Shown: positions 9,179 to 18,821, counted from the stretch's first letter. The stretch is DNA of 64,000 nt from an uncultured Gammaproteobacteria bacterium (GCA_963779865.1 CAVZZX010000003.1:2252274-2316273), one strand, 5' to 3'. Notes: generated from the sequence alone by a model not told the origin. Made by a program: numbers and translations.

Positions 9179-9752
9179 ATGCGGCCAAAGGAAACCATCT
9201 TGCCCCGCAAGGCGCCACAACCCGTATTCCAGCTGATGGTCACGCTTCAGCACCGCCAGCCGACCATCTGGCGGCGGATTCACGTGCCAGCCGATATCCG
9301 CCTGGGCGAGCTGCACGAGGTCTTGCAAGTGGTCATGGGCTGGGAAGACGCGCACTTGCATGCCTTCCGGAACGGCGGCACCGAGTGCGGCGAACCGGAC
9401 CCACAGTTCCCGGGCGGCATGCGCACCGAGCGCAACGATCCGCTGGGGCAGGTCGCGAGCGTCGGCGACACCTTCTGGTACGAGTACGACTTCGGCGACG
9501 GCTGGCTCCACGCCATCCGTGTGGAGCAGACGCTGCCCGGCGACACGCCTCACCCCCGCTGCGTCGGCGGAGAGCGCGCCGCCCCGCCCGAGGACTGCGG
9601 CGGCCCGCCCGGCTACGCCAGCGCTGCTGGAGACCATCGCCGATCCGCGGCATCCGGACCGCAAGGAGATGCTGGAATGGATAGGCGAGGAGTTCGACCC
9701 CGAGGCCTTCGACATCGAGGCGGTGAATCAGAAGTTGGAGGGAGTCGGGTAA
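9179..9752 (+). pseudogene. pRiA4b ORF-3-like family protein (PF07929-like), with a frameshift at about 9610-9625
   Basis: The N-terminal part WRRIHVPADIRLGELHEVLQVVMGWEDAHLHAF...EDCGGPPGY is in frame 2. The family's C-terminus LLETIADPRHPDRKEMLEWIGEEFDPEAFDIEAVN continues in frame 0. The implied 1-nt indel falls in a gcccgcccggc run. Confidence 0.55.
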
Positions 9753-9780
9753 GGATGCACCACTCGGGACAAACAGACCG

Positions 9781-10291
9781 ATGAAACTGGCGAGCTTCGA
9801 GGCGATTGCGCGCGCTTTGCAAAATGCCGGCGTCCGCTATCTGGTGGCAGGAGGTCTGGCGGTCAATGCGCATGGATTCCTCCGCTTCACGAAAGATGTG
9901 GATCTCGTCATGGATCTCGCCCCCGAGAACGTCCGGCGCGCGTTCGATGCATTGGCGAGCCTGGGCTACCGTCCGCGTGTACCGATCACCGCGGACGAGT
10001 TCGCCGACGCCGATATGCGCCAAACCTGGATACGGGAGAAGGGGATGCAAGTCCTCCAGCTTTGGAGCGACGAACTATCGGGAGACACCCATCGACATCT
10101 TCGTCGCGGAGCCGTTCCCCTTCGATCAAGAACACCAAAGATCGCTAATCAAGCCTCTGTATGGGACCGTCGAGGTGCGATTTGTATCGATACCCACCCT
10201 GATTCAAATGAAAGAGGCCGCCGGACGCGAACAAGACCGGATCGATATCGAGCATCTCCGCATGAGGCTGGACAAGAATGGAACCGATTGA
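9781..10291 (+). pseudogene. nucleotidyltransferase-fold protein (MNT/AbiEii-like), with a frameshift at about 10070
   Basis: The sequence LVAGGLAVNAHGFLRFTKDVDLVMD matches the NTase G[GS]...D.D motif. The N-terminal half is in the frame of the 9781 ORF. The C-terminal half (ETPIDIFVAEPFPFDQEHQ...IQMKEAAGREQDRIDIEHL) is in the frame of the 9806 ORF. Confidence 0.5.
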
Positions 10292-10535
10292 GAATTCGTC
10301 TGCGGATATCGACTGGAGCCTTACCACCTGGGAAGGCTCCCGCCAGGAACAGATGCGACGCTGGGCGGAATTGCCTTTGGAGCGGATTGTCGCGGCGTTA
10401 GAGGAAATGGAGGAATTGGCGGCCGCGCTTGGCGGTTGTGCGGGCGCAGCGCATGCGGTGCCTGTCGGACGATGGATTACGTTCGTCGCCGGGCCTGCGC
10501 GGGGGCAGGACGTTAGGAGCGCAGTGCATTACTAA
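10278..10535 (+). CDS. hypothetical small protein overlapping the nucleotidyltransferase 3' end (possible partner or remnant)
   Basis: This is an 85-codon ORF, MEPIENSSADIDWSLTTWEGSRQEQMRRWAELPLERIVAALEEMEEL. No recognisable motif was found, and its coding status is uncertain. Confidence 0.2.
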   Translation: MEPIENSSADIDWSLTTWEGSRQEQMRRWAELPLERIVAALEEMEELAAALGGCAGAAHAVPVGRWITFVAGPARGQDVRSAVHY

Positions 10536-10908
10536 CAGCACAACAAAACCGAGCCCAACCACGAAAGTAATTGGTGAATACATTTTCCACGGCGCGTGTT
10601 GCTCGAATGAGGAGAATCAATAGCCGGAGCCACATGGTGGGCCGACTCCCTCGTGAGGATGACTTGTTGGAAATGGTAGACCATGGGCTTCAGGACTGTT
10701 GTTTGGTGGTGAGCGAAGTGGCCGTCCATAATTCCCTACAGGGGTCCCCAGAAGTTCCCCTCCCCATCGAAGCAGGACCGCTGTCTTGCAAGTTGTTGTC
10801 TGAAGAGCAATCTCCGCGGCCCACGTGCCGCGGCCTCATTGAAAAGCGCAAGCATTCGGACCACGTGCCCGAATAGGAAGAACCACATCTGCAACCCAAG
10901 GAGTCGTC

Positions 10909-12234
10909 ATGGCCGGTTCACTTAATCTCGATACTCTGTCCGCCGCGGTCAGCGGCTCCGCTGCCGCATTTCGGTGTCGTCGCAGGCTTCAGCCCGCCGG
11001 CGGTGAGGGCGACAAGGTCTTTCCGCCTACGTTCGCCGGCGCGGTCTACGCCGTAGAACAGCGACGGCTCCCCGGGCACGAAGAGCCGGTTACCTGCGTG
11101 CTGCTCGACAGTGTCCAGAGCCAGGCCAACCGCATGGAGCTGGCCTTGCAGCAGGCCTTCGACGCTGGGCGGTTCCGGATGCCGCTGGTGGAGGTGGACT
11201 TCTCTGAGCGCGACCCGACCGGTGACGTCGAAGCCGATCTCGAAGCGGGCCGCCTCATCGATGCGGTGGGCAGGCTTACAAGTCTGCAGGTGCCGCATCG
11301 CCTGGCCGACGCCATCCTGCGCGACAGCGAACTCGACGGAACGCCCTTTCGTCAGTCCGAGATCGGCAAGGCGCTCAATACCGTCAATCTCGCCAACGCC
11401 ACCCCACTCTTCGAACTCTGTCCCACTGCGCTTCTGTTCGGCATGTGGGATTCCACCGGTCCAAAAGGAGGGCTGGGGCCGAAGTTTGAACGGGCGATGG
11501 TTTCGGAGATCACGGGTGTCGGAGTAGATTTCGGGGTCAAGACCCAAAGCCGTGTCGATCCACTCATCGCTAAGACCACCGGAATTACTTTGTACGAGAA
11601 GAAAGGTGGTGGATGGACTCTGAATGAGGGAGAGGCGCTCAAGAAGGATGGGAAACCGGTCAAGCTTGGAAAAGATGGAAAGGCCTCTGAGGCCAACCTC
11701 GGGAATGTCACTCCAGCTTTCCACAAGTACGCAAAAGGCGCTGAAGGGGTAGACCCATTGACAGGCGAACAAGCCCGTGAAGGGAAGATCGCTCCGGGTG
11801 GCGTCACCATCGAGCATGCCGCACAGGTCACCACGCTTTCGCTAATCGCGCTGCGCCGGCTGCACTTCCCGCTCGATGGGGTGACGAACCGCGAAGTGGA
11901 TGAAGCTGCCCGTACGGTCCTCGCCGCGCTGGGCCTCTGCAGCGCCACTCTAGCCTTCGAGACGGGCGTGGGTCTGCGTTCCCGCAGCCTGCTGTGGCCG
12001 GACGGGCCGATGACATGGGAACTGCTCGAACGCCCAGGCGCGCAACCGCGAGCGTTCGAGCTGACCGGCGAGCAGGCGGTGGCCCTGCTGGAGGATGCGA
12101 TCGACATGGCTCGGCGCGCCGGGCTGAACTGGCGCGAGGAGCCCATTGGGCTCAAGCCCTCCAGTCAGTTACTTGAGCTGGTGCGCCGCAGCCAGAACCT
12201 GGCGCGTCACGAAGGTGCAGAGGGGGGGGCATAG
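10909..12234 (+). CDS. csb1: type I-G (I-U) Cas7, Csb1 family
   Basis: The N-terminal block KVFPPTFAGAVYAVEQRR...VLLDSVQSQANRMELAL is typical of Csb1/GSU0053 proteins as I recall them. A glycine-rich loop is present (GMWDSTGPKGGLGPKF). An AAGGAG ribosome-binding site precedes the ATG. Confidence 0.75.
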   Translation: MAGSLNLDTLSAAVSGSAAAFRCRRRLQPAGGEGDKVFPPTFAGAVYAVEQRRLPGHEEPVTCVLLDSVQSQANRMELALQQAFDAGRFRMPLVEVDFSERDPTGDVEADLEAGRLIDAVGRLTSLQVPHRLADAILRDSELDGTPFRQSEIGKALNTVNLANATPLFELCPTALLFGMWDSTGPKGGLGPKFERAMVSEITGVGVDFGVKTQSRVDPLIAKTTGITLYEKKGGGWTLNEGEALKKDGKPVKLGKDGKASEANLGNVTPAFHKYAKGAEGVDPLTGEQAREGKIAPGGVTIEHAAQVTTLSLIALRRLHFPLDGVTNREVDEAARTVLAALGLCSATLAFETGVGLRSRSLLWPDGPMTWELLERPGAQPRAFELTGEQAVALLEDAIDMARRAGLNWREEPIGLKPSSQLLELVRRSQNLARHEGAEGGA

Positions 12235-12238
12235 CGCC

Positions 12239-13804
12239 GTGTTGGCCTTCGGTATTCGCTACCTGAACGGCTTCGCCGCAGCCGCCGAGCCCGACGACCG
12301 AGGTTGCGCGGAATGGCCGCCGCACCCAGGCCGGGTGTTCATGGCAATGGCTGCCGCGCACTTTCAGACCGGGGCCGAGCCCGCCGAACGGGCGGCCCTC
12401 CTCTGGCTGGAAGGTTCGGGACGCGGCGACGAGGTCGACGCACCGCACCTGGCGGCGCCGGAGGGAACGCTGCGAGCGGTAGTCACGCATTATGTGCCGG
12501 TCAACGACAAGGCGGGACCGTCCAAGGCCGTGCTGCATTCGCTGCCGCTGACTCGCGAGCGCCAGGAGCGTACCTTCGCCCGTGCCTGGCTCGACAGCGA
12601 TACGGTTTATCTCATTTGGCCCGAGTTGAATCCGCCTCCGGAACACCGCCGCGCTTTGGAGGCCTTGTGCGCCAAGGTCACCCGCGTAGGCCACTCCAGC
12701 TCCCTGGTGCAGATGTGGCTGGCGGACAGCGCGGAGACTTACGAGCCGAACTGGGTGCCGGACGACACGCGAGGGACCATCCGCTTGCGCATTGCCGGTC
12801 CGGGGACCCTGGAACACCTCGAACAGGAGTACAACGCGATGGCGATGGAGGATTACGCCACCCTCAGGGTCGAGGCGGAAACGGCGCCGACGCCGAAGGA
12901 GAGGACGGCAGCGAGGCGGCGGCTCAAGCGGGACTACGACAACAATCCTCCACGGCAACAGCGGCCGATCTTGTCGCTCTATCAAGGTTACGCGGCGGCC
13001 ACGACCCTGGCGAAAAACCCAGGCGTGCCCGGGACGATCTACAGCCCGCATTTCATCGCGCTCAAGCTGGTCCCCGAGCAGGGCCCGTATCGCGAACTCG
13101 ATCTCGCCGCCACGCATGCCATCGTATTGCGCTGGCGCGAGGCGATCCTCAGTCACAGCAATGGGGAACCAGACCGGGTACGCAGCATCCTGAGCGGCCA
13201 CGATCGCGAGGGTGCACCGCTCAAGGAACCGCACCTGGCCTTCCTCCCGCTGCCCTTCGTCGACCACGAGCACGCCGACGGCCATCTGCTCGGCATAGGC
13301 CTCGTCTTGCCGGCGACGATCGAGCGGGACGAGCGGCGCGCCATCCTGCGCGTGCTCGGCCAAGTCCAGCGCCTCAAGCTTGGGCGCCTCGGGCTATGGA
13401 AGCTCGTCCCGGTCACCGAATCCCGCCCACCCTGGAACCTGCGGCCGGAAACCTGGACGGCCTACACGGACGGCGCCACCCACTGGACGTCAGTGACCCC
13501 TGTTGCCCTCGACCGCCACCCGAAGGCAAAAGGCGAGGCGGCCTACCGGCAAGAGCTGGCCCGCATGATTTCCCAAAGTTGCGAGCGCATCGGTCTCCCC
13601 CCACCGCGCGATGTGATACCCACCTTCGTGTCGACCCACCTCGGCGCGCCCCCAGCCCACGCTTTTCCAAAGCTCATGCGCAAGGACGGCAGCGAACGGC
13701 GTCACACCCACGCCATTCTGATATTCGACGAACCGGTGTGCGGGCCGCTGCTGATTGGGGCGGGGCGGTTCCGCGGGTACGGAGCGTTCCGACCGCAACT
13801 CTGA
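12239..13804 (+). CDS. csb2: type I-G Cas5-Cas6 fusion, Csb2 family
   Basis: The N-terminus VLAFGIRYLNGF...EWPPHPGRVFMAMAAA resembles the Csb2 signature that I recall as EWPPSP.RLF. The GTG start lies 5 nt after the csb1 stop and is preceded by an AGGGGGG ribosome-binding site. Confidence 0.75.
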   Translation: MLAFGIRYLNGFAAAAEPDDRGCAEWPPHPGRVFMAMAAAHFQTGAEPAERAALLWLEGSGRGDEVDAPHLAAPEGTLRAVVTHYVPVNDKAGPSKAVLHSLPLTRERQERTFARAWLDSDTVYLIWPELNPPPEHRRALEALCAKVTRVGHSSSLVQMWLADSAETYEPNWVPDDTRGTIRLRIAGPGTLEHLEQEYNAMAMEDYATLRVEAETAPTPKERTAARRRLKRDYDNNPPRQQRPILSLYQGYAAATTLAKNPGVPGTIYSPHFIALKLVPEQGPYRELDLAATHAIVLRWREAILSHSNGEPDRVRSILSGHDREGAPLKEPHLAFLPLPFVDHEHADGHLLGIGLVLPATIERDERRAILRVLGQVQRLKLGRLGLWKLVPVTESRPPWNLRPETWTAYTDGATHWTSVTPVALDRHPKAKGEAAYRQELARMISQSCERIGLPPPRDVIPTFVSTHLGAPPAHAFPKLMRKDGSERRHTHAILIFDEPVCGPLLIGAGRFRGYGAFRPQL

Positions 13805-13857
13805 GGAGAATCAGGCATGCGTGAACGGGAGCTTAGCCTTAAGAATGGGGTGATCGA

Positions 13858-16800
13858 GTGGAGACTGCCCGCAATGACGGGTTCGAGAAGATAACCAGAG
13901 GATGGGGACAGGAGATGATTCCATTGCCTGATTTCTCTTTGTGGTTCCATGCACTCTGGGGCCACTCTCCGTTTCCCTGGCAGCGCATACTCGCCGAGCG
14001 ATTGGTCAAGGGCGAGTGGCCCAAGGCTCTGGACCTGCCTACCGCCGCGGGCAAGACAGCCTGCATCGATGTCGCCGTCTATGCGCTGGCGACCCAGGCG
14101 GAGAAGCCAGTGTGGGAGCGGACGGCACCACGGCGCATCTGGTTCGTGGTGGATCGGCGCATCGTAGTCGATGAGGCGTTTGCGCGCGCGGAGCAGATCG
14201 CGCAGAAGCTTGCGACGGCGACGGATGGTCCTCTCAGGGCTGTTGCCGAGCGGCTATTGCGGGTGAGCGGAACGACCCGACCGCTGGCCACGGCAAGACT
14301 GCGCGGCGGTGTGTTGCGCGACGACGGGTGGGCGCGGCTACCTTCGCAGCCAGCGGTGATCACCTCCACGGTGGATCAGCTCGGCGCCCGCCTGCTATTC
14401 CGCGGTTATGGCCACAGCCCGAACACCGCCTCCATCTTTGCAGGCTTGGCGGCGCACGATAGTCTGATTTTGTTGGATGAAGCCCACCTATCAGTGCCGT
14501 TCATGCAGACGCTGCGGGCGGTAGAGCGCTATCGGGGGCCGGAGTGGGCTGAAGAGCCGATCCGAACGCCATTCGCCTTTGCCCTGCTGTCGGCGACACC
14601 TCCGTCCGATAGTGTCCCCACCGAGGTGTTTCCTGGTATTCGGCGCGCCGAAGCCCTGAATCACCCGGCCTTGCGGCAGCGCATACAGGCGCGAAAGCCG
14701 GCCGACCTGGTCGAGGTCACGGGGAGAAAATCGGACCCTTCCGATCCACTGGTCGCGGAAGCCGTTGCGCGTGCCAGGATGTTCACTATTAAGGGACGGC
14801 GGCGCGTCGCCGTGGTCGTCAATCGGGTGGGCACAGCGCAGGCAATCGCTCACGGCCTTCGCGAGGCAATCGGCGGCGATATGGACGTCGTGCTCCTCAC
14901 CGGAAGGCTGCGGCCCCTGGAACGCGACACCCTGGTGGAGCGCTGGCGGCCTTTGCTGCGGGCTAATGCACCAGCGGAACCGGAGCGCCCGATTGTGTTG
15001 GTCGCGACCCAGTGTATCGAAGTTGGAGCGGACTTCAGCTTCGACGCGTTGGTGAGCGAGGCGGCGAGCCTGGATGCGCTGCGCCAGCGCTTTGGCCGGC
15101 TGAATCGGCTAGGCATGGAAGAGACCGCACTGGCGGCGATCCTGATCCGTGCCGCGGATGCTAAAGACGATTCCGACGATCCGGTATACGGCACAGCCAT
15201 GTCTGCCTGCTGGCGGCTACTGAGCGAATTGGCAGAGGCGGATGGAGTCGGCAAGCGGGGAGGCAAGCGCATCGATTTCGGCATCGCCGCCTTGGACAGC
15301 CTCTTGGAACCGCTCAACGATTTCAGCCCCTATTTGGCACCAGTCACGGTTGCTCCGCTGCTCTTGCCTGCGCACCTTGACCTACTGTGCCAGACCGCGC
15401 CGCCGCCTCCGATAGAACCCGCCATCTCACTGTACCTCCATGGCGTCGACCGCGGACAGCCGGAAGTCCGAGTTGTCTGGCGCGCAGATCTGAGTACCGC
15501 GAGTGCCGGGGACTGGGCAGAAATCGTCGCCCTCTGCCCACCCAACAGCATGGAGTCGTTGTCGGTACCACTTACCCGCCTCCGCGGCTGGCTGGCGAAC
15601 CACGGCGCCGGTCAAGAAACGGCGGATGTGGAAGGCGGGAGCTGGGAGGCGCCTCCGATGGCGCCGCAAGAATTCCGGCCGGTTCTCGCGTGGCGGGGAC
15701 GCGAGCGCTCGCGGGTCGTTATGCAAGCTTCCGAGTTGCGGCCGGATGATCTGGTCGTGCTGCCGACTGGATATGGAATTGAAGGGCTCGGCCAGAGCGT
15801 CCCCACGACGGCCCTAGGCGGGCATCAGCTTGACATCTGGGAGCCGAGTCATAGGCAGAGCGGAAAACCGGCCACGCTGCGATTGCACCGCGAAGTGTTG
15901 CAACCGTGGCGGGACTGCCCACCGCTCGCCGAACTTATCGCTTTGGCCGAGGATCCGGATTGGGAGAGCGAAGCACTACAGGTTGCCATCGATGCCGTAC
16001 TCGATTACGTACCAGGCACGGATGAGGATCCGCCACCGCCACCGCCACCGCAGTGGCTGACGGATATGCTCCGGCAGGCTCGCAGCGGAAGGGTAGAGAA
16101 GCACCCTGCAAACGGCCTGATATTGTTTGCGCCCTCCGACAGGAATCAGAACGGTGAGGAGCAAGACCTGTTCGCCGACGACGACGACCTGCTCTCTGCC
16201 ACCGGCCGCGAGGTCAGTCTCGGTGTTCACAGTGCGTCAGTGGAACGGGCGGTCGGGCAATTAGCCCAGCGCTGCCTGCCCGAGCCCTTTTTCGCACCGC
16301 TGCGAGCGGCGGCCTACTGGCATGATGTCGGCAAGCTGGACGAGCGCTTCCAGATGTGGCTGCGCGAGGGCAACGAACTCGAGGTGCTCGCCGGCGAACC
16401 CTTGGCCAAGTCGAGGGGCATCGCCACTTCCCCGGAGCGACGCCGCCGGCTGCGCGAGGCGAGCGGCCTGCCCGAGCGCTTCCGGCACGAGATGCTTTCG
16501 ATGCAACTGGCCGAACGATATGGCCCTGCGCCTCACGGTGAGGGGACGGACGTCCTTGTCCTGCACGCCATCGCCAGCCATCACGGCTATGCGCGACCGT
16601 TTGCACCGCCGAGTCCCGACCCGCTTCCACCGCCGGTCCGCGGGCGGCATGCCGGCGCGGAGATCGACATCGACATTACAACCCGCGCGGGATGGCCGGT
16701 ACCGGCATCGATAGCCGCCGGCATGGCGGAACGGTTTTGGCGTCTTACACGACGTCACGGTTGGTGGGGGCTAGCCTACCTCGAGGCGATTCTCCGTTTG

Positions 16801-18048
16801 GGAGACTGGTACGGCAGCCAGCGAATCGTGGAGGAAGCACCCGTGGAGGGTTCAGCACCTGCGAAAGGTCCCGTCCGTGCGAAGCGCCCAACGTTACCGG
16901 GGACAGAGGTCCCACTCACCGGAGTCGATGGCGCGAACCCGTTGGGTTTTCTGTGCGCGCTCGGTACGATGGTGGTGTTGCACGAGGCGGGGCACGGCGA
17001 TGCGCGACTCTTATGGCGGCGCGAGGGATTGACATGGCGCCCCCTGCTGACGGGCCTGCCCACCGGGGATAGATCGGCTTTGGCACAAACCATCGCTGAT
17101 GGTTTACGCGGTTCGATCGTTTCCGCCGAAACCGAGGCGGCACGCAAGGACGCACAAATGCGCTTGGGCGAGGTGGAGAAGAAGGTCAAAGAGGCGCAAA
17201 AGGATATCAAGCTGCGAAGATTGCGAGGCAAGGAGCGCCAGCAGGCGTACGCCGCGGAGATTTCGCCGCTAGAAGCCGAACGTAAGCTGCTGCAGCAGGA
17301 TTTTCTGCGGGCACTGCGCCAAGCCGTTCCCCGCCCTGAACTCGCGCTAGGCAAGAACATCGACGCCACAGCCGCTGAGTATCGAGCCCTCACCGAGCCG
17401 CATGTCAGCAATGCCCGCTATAACGATCGCGAGTGCCTGGACTTGCTTGCTGCTTTCGCCAGCGATGGCTGTCTGCATCGCAGTCCGACCAAGCGCAAAG
17501 AAGGGAAGCTGGCGCCCACGCCTTTTTCCTTCATATCCGGTTCGGGCCACCAGGACTTCCTCGAGACCGTACGAGGGCTTCTTCAGCGGGTGACGCCGGA
17601 ACTTGTCAGCTCCACCTTGTTTTCGCCATGGCGGTACGATGAAGAAGGGCTGTCCATGCGCTGGGACCCGGTCGAAGATAGACGCTACGCCTTGATGGAC
17701 CGCGACCCCACGGCGAGCGACAACAAGCCTCGCACAGTCTGGATGGCTAACCTGCTGGCGTACCGGGCGCTCGCATTGTTTCCCTCCGCGCCGGGGCGCA
17801 GACGCCTGCTCACCACCGGCTGGGCCCGCGATGCCACTGGGGAATCCTTTGTCTGGCCACTTTGGATACACCCGGCCGATCGGGACACCATCCGTTCGCT
17901 GCTGCTGCTGCCGGAGCTATATTCGCCTGCGCCGGATCGACAGGTCTTGCGCACAAGAGGCGTGGAAGCAGTCTTCCGTGCACGCCGCATAAAAGTCGGA
18001 AGCGGTGCGAACTTCAAGATCAATTTCAGTGCAGCTCGCGAGGTCTAG
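13858..18048 (+). CDS. cas3: Cas3 helicase-HD nuclease with a roughly 470-aa C-terminal extension; putative Cas3-Cas8u (Csx17-like) fusion
   Basis: The N-terminus FHALWGHSPFPWQ...LPTAAGKTACID provides Walker A and LILLDEAH provides the DEAH box. An HD domain (YWHDVGKLDERFQ...IASHHGYARP) lies at about residues 815-920. The C-terminal extension then opens with GVDGANPLGFLCALGTMVVL, which resembles the Csx17 N-terminal PLGSYLKALGVLRLV block. The ORF is uninterrupted. Confidence 0.8.
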   Translation: METARNDGFEKITRGWGQEMIPLPDFSLWFHALWGHSPFPWQRILAERLVKGEWPKALDLPTAAGKTACIDVAVYALATQAEKPVWERTAPRRIWFVVDRRIVVDEAFARAEQIAQKLATATDGPLRAVAERLLRVSGTTRPLATARLRGGVLRDDGWARLPSQPAVITSTVDQLGARLLFRGYGHSPNTASIFAGLAAHDSLILLDEAHLSVPFMQTLRAVERYRGPEWAEEPIRTPFAFALLSATPPSDSVPTEVFPGIRRAEALNHPALRQRIQARKPADLVEVTGRKSDPSDPLVAEAVARARMFTIKGRRRVAVVVNRVGTAQAIAHGLREAIGGDMDVVLLTGRLRPLERDTLVERWRPLLRANAPAEPERPIVLVATQCIEVGADFSFDALVSEAASLDALRQRFGRLNRLGMEETALAAILIRAADAKDDSDDPVYGTAMSACWRLLSELAEADGVGKRGGKRIDFGIAALDSLLEPLNDFSPYLAPVTVAPLLLPAHLDLLCQTAPPPPIEPAISLYLHGVDRGQPEVRVVWRADLSTASAGDWAEIVALCPPNSMESLSVPLTRLRGWLANHGAGQETADVEGGSWEAPPMAPQEFRPVLAWRGRERSRVVMQASELRPDDLVVLPTGYGIEGLGQSVPTTALGGHQLDIWEPSHRQSGKPATLRLHREVLQPWRDCPPLAELIALAEDPDWESEALQVAIDAVLDYVPGTDEDPPPPPPPQWLTDMLRQARSGRVEKHPANGLILFAPSDRNQNGEEQDLFADDDDLLSATGREVSLGVHSASVERAVGQLAQRCLPEPFFAPLRAAAYWHDVGKLDERFQMWLREGNELEVLAGEPLAKSRGIATSPERRRRLREASGLPERFRHEMLSMQLAERYGPAPHGEGTDVLVLHAIASHHGYARPFAPPSPDPLPPPVRGRHAGAEIDIDITTRAGWPVPASIAAGMAERFWRLTRRHGWWGLAYLEAILRLGDWYGSQRIVEEAPVEGSAPAKGPVRAKRPTLPGTEVPLTGVDGANPLGFLCALGTMVVLHEAGHGDARLLWRREGLTWRPLLTGLPTGDRSALAQTIADGLRGSIVSAETEAARKDAQMRLGEVEKKVKEAQKDIKLRRLRGKERQQAYAAEISPLEAERKLLQQDFLRALRQAVPRPELALGKNIDATAAEYRALTEPHVSNARYNDRECLDLLAAFASDGCLHRSPTKRKEGKLAPTPFSFISGSGHQDFLETVRGLLQRVTPELVSSTLFSPWRYDEEGLSMRWDPVEDRRYALMDRDPTASDNKPRTVWMANLLAYRALALFPSAPGRRRLLTTGWARDATGESFVWPLWIHPADRDTIRSLLLLPELYSPAPDRQVLRTRGVEAVFRARRIKVGSGANFKINFSAAREV

Positions 18049-18260
18049 CATTGCCGGTGGCTTGCAGGTGCTACGCGAATGTGGCGGCACGTATAGATAG
18101 GCGTTTGGCGCCTGAGCTCGGCCGTGTTGATCTAACAGCAGTACGCCGAGACAGGTTTATCGGGCACGCATTCTCGGCTCTTTAACAACTTGGAACCTTC
18201 TATTCCGCGGCTCTCCGGAGCCGCGGCCTCATTGCCGTCGGCACGCCCTAGCGACCGCTT

Positions 18261-18382
18261 CAGTCCATCCCCAACAGCACGCGCACCGAGCGCTCAATGG
18301 CGGCCATTTCGTCGGGCTCCAGGCAGGTCAGCGGCCCCTCGCCGAAGCGGGTGTGGTCCAGCGCGCGTATCCGATCGGTCAT
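18261..18382 (-). other. 41-codon ORF in the cas3 / cas4-cas1 intergenic gap; possible gene remnant
   Basis: The translation is MTDRIRALDHTRFGEGPLTCLEPDEMAAIERSVRVLLGMD*. No family was recognised. It sits in a 770-bp gap that is otherwise non-coding. Confidence 0.15.
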
Positions 18383-18821
18383 AACGTGGGAGTCCTTGCG
18401 CAGCCGAGCCTCGTGCGGCCGGGCGTACGCGCAGGGGCGCGATGGATTTTTGTAGTAGCGTGATCAGAGGTGCCACCAGCACACAGTGGGTACGCCCTGT
18501 GCGGTAATGTAGTCGCCTTGCCGCATCACCACCGGGTGGACTTTTCCGATCCCCGCGGCGGTATTCCGATTGAGCCACCAGCCGGGCTTCGCCGCGGCGC
18601 GTCAATCCCACCACTTCTCTTCCGGTCCGCCAACCTGCTCGGCGATGCATAGAGTGCACCGATCACTTGCGACGAACTCTTCCGCGTGGCACCCATGCGA
18701 CAAGCCGTAACGTATGACGGATTCAGAGTCTTACTTGCCGAGGGGCAAGCGGGCAACGCACGCCGCTAAATCCCCAGGCGCCGTGCACCAGAGGATTCAT
18801 TGGACGGTCGGGGGGACCTGT

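Noticed and set aside
10571-10876. A 101-aa ORF in the AT-richer block upstream of csb1
   Set aside because: Its composition and codon usage are unlike local genes and no ribosome-binding site is present. The region is more plausibly promoter or non-coding.
12146-12238. A 5' extension of csb2 (MGSSPPVSYLSWCAAARTWRV…) that overlaps csb1
   Set aside because: The extension overlaps the csb1 3' end out of frame. The conserved Csb2 N-terminus begins at the GTG at 12239, which has its own ribosome-binding site.
18470-18652. A 60-aa plus-strand ORF (…GYALCGNVVALPHHHRVDFSD…) in the cas3 / cas4-cas1 gap
   Set aside because: No ribosome-binding site and no recognisable family. It is treated as part of the gap finding, not as a gene.
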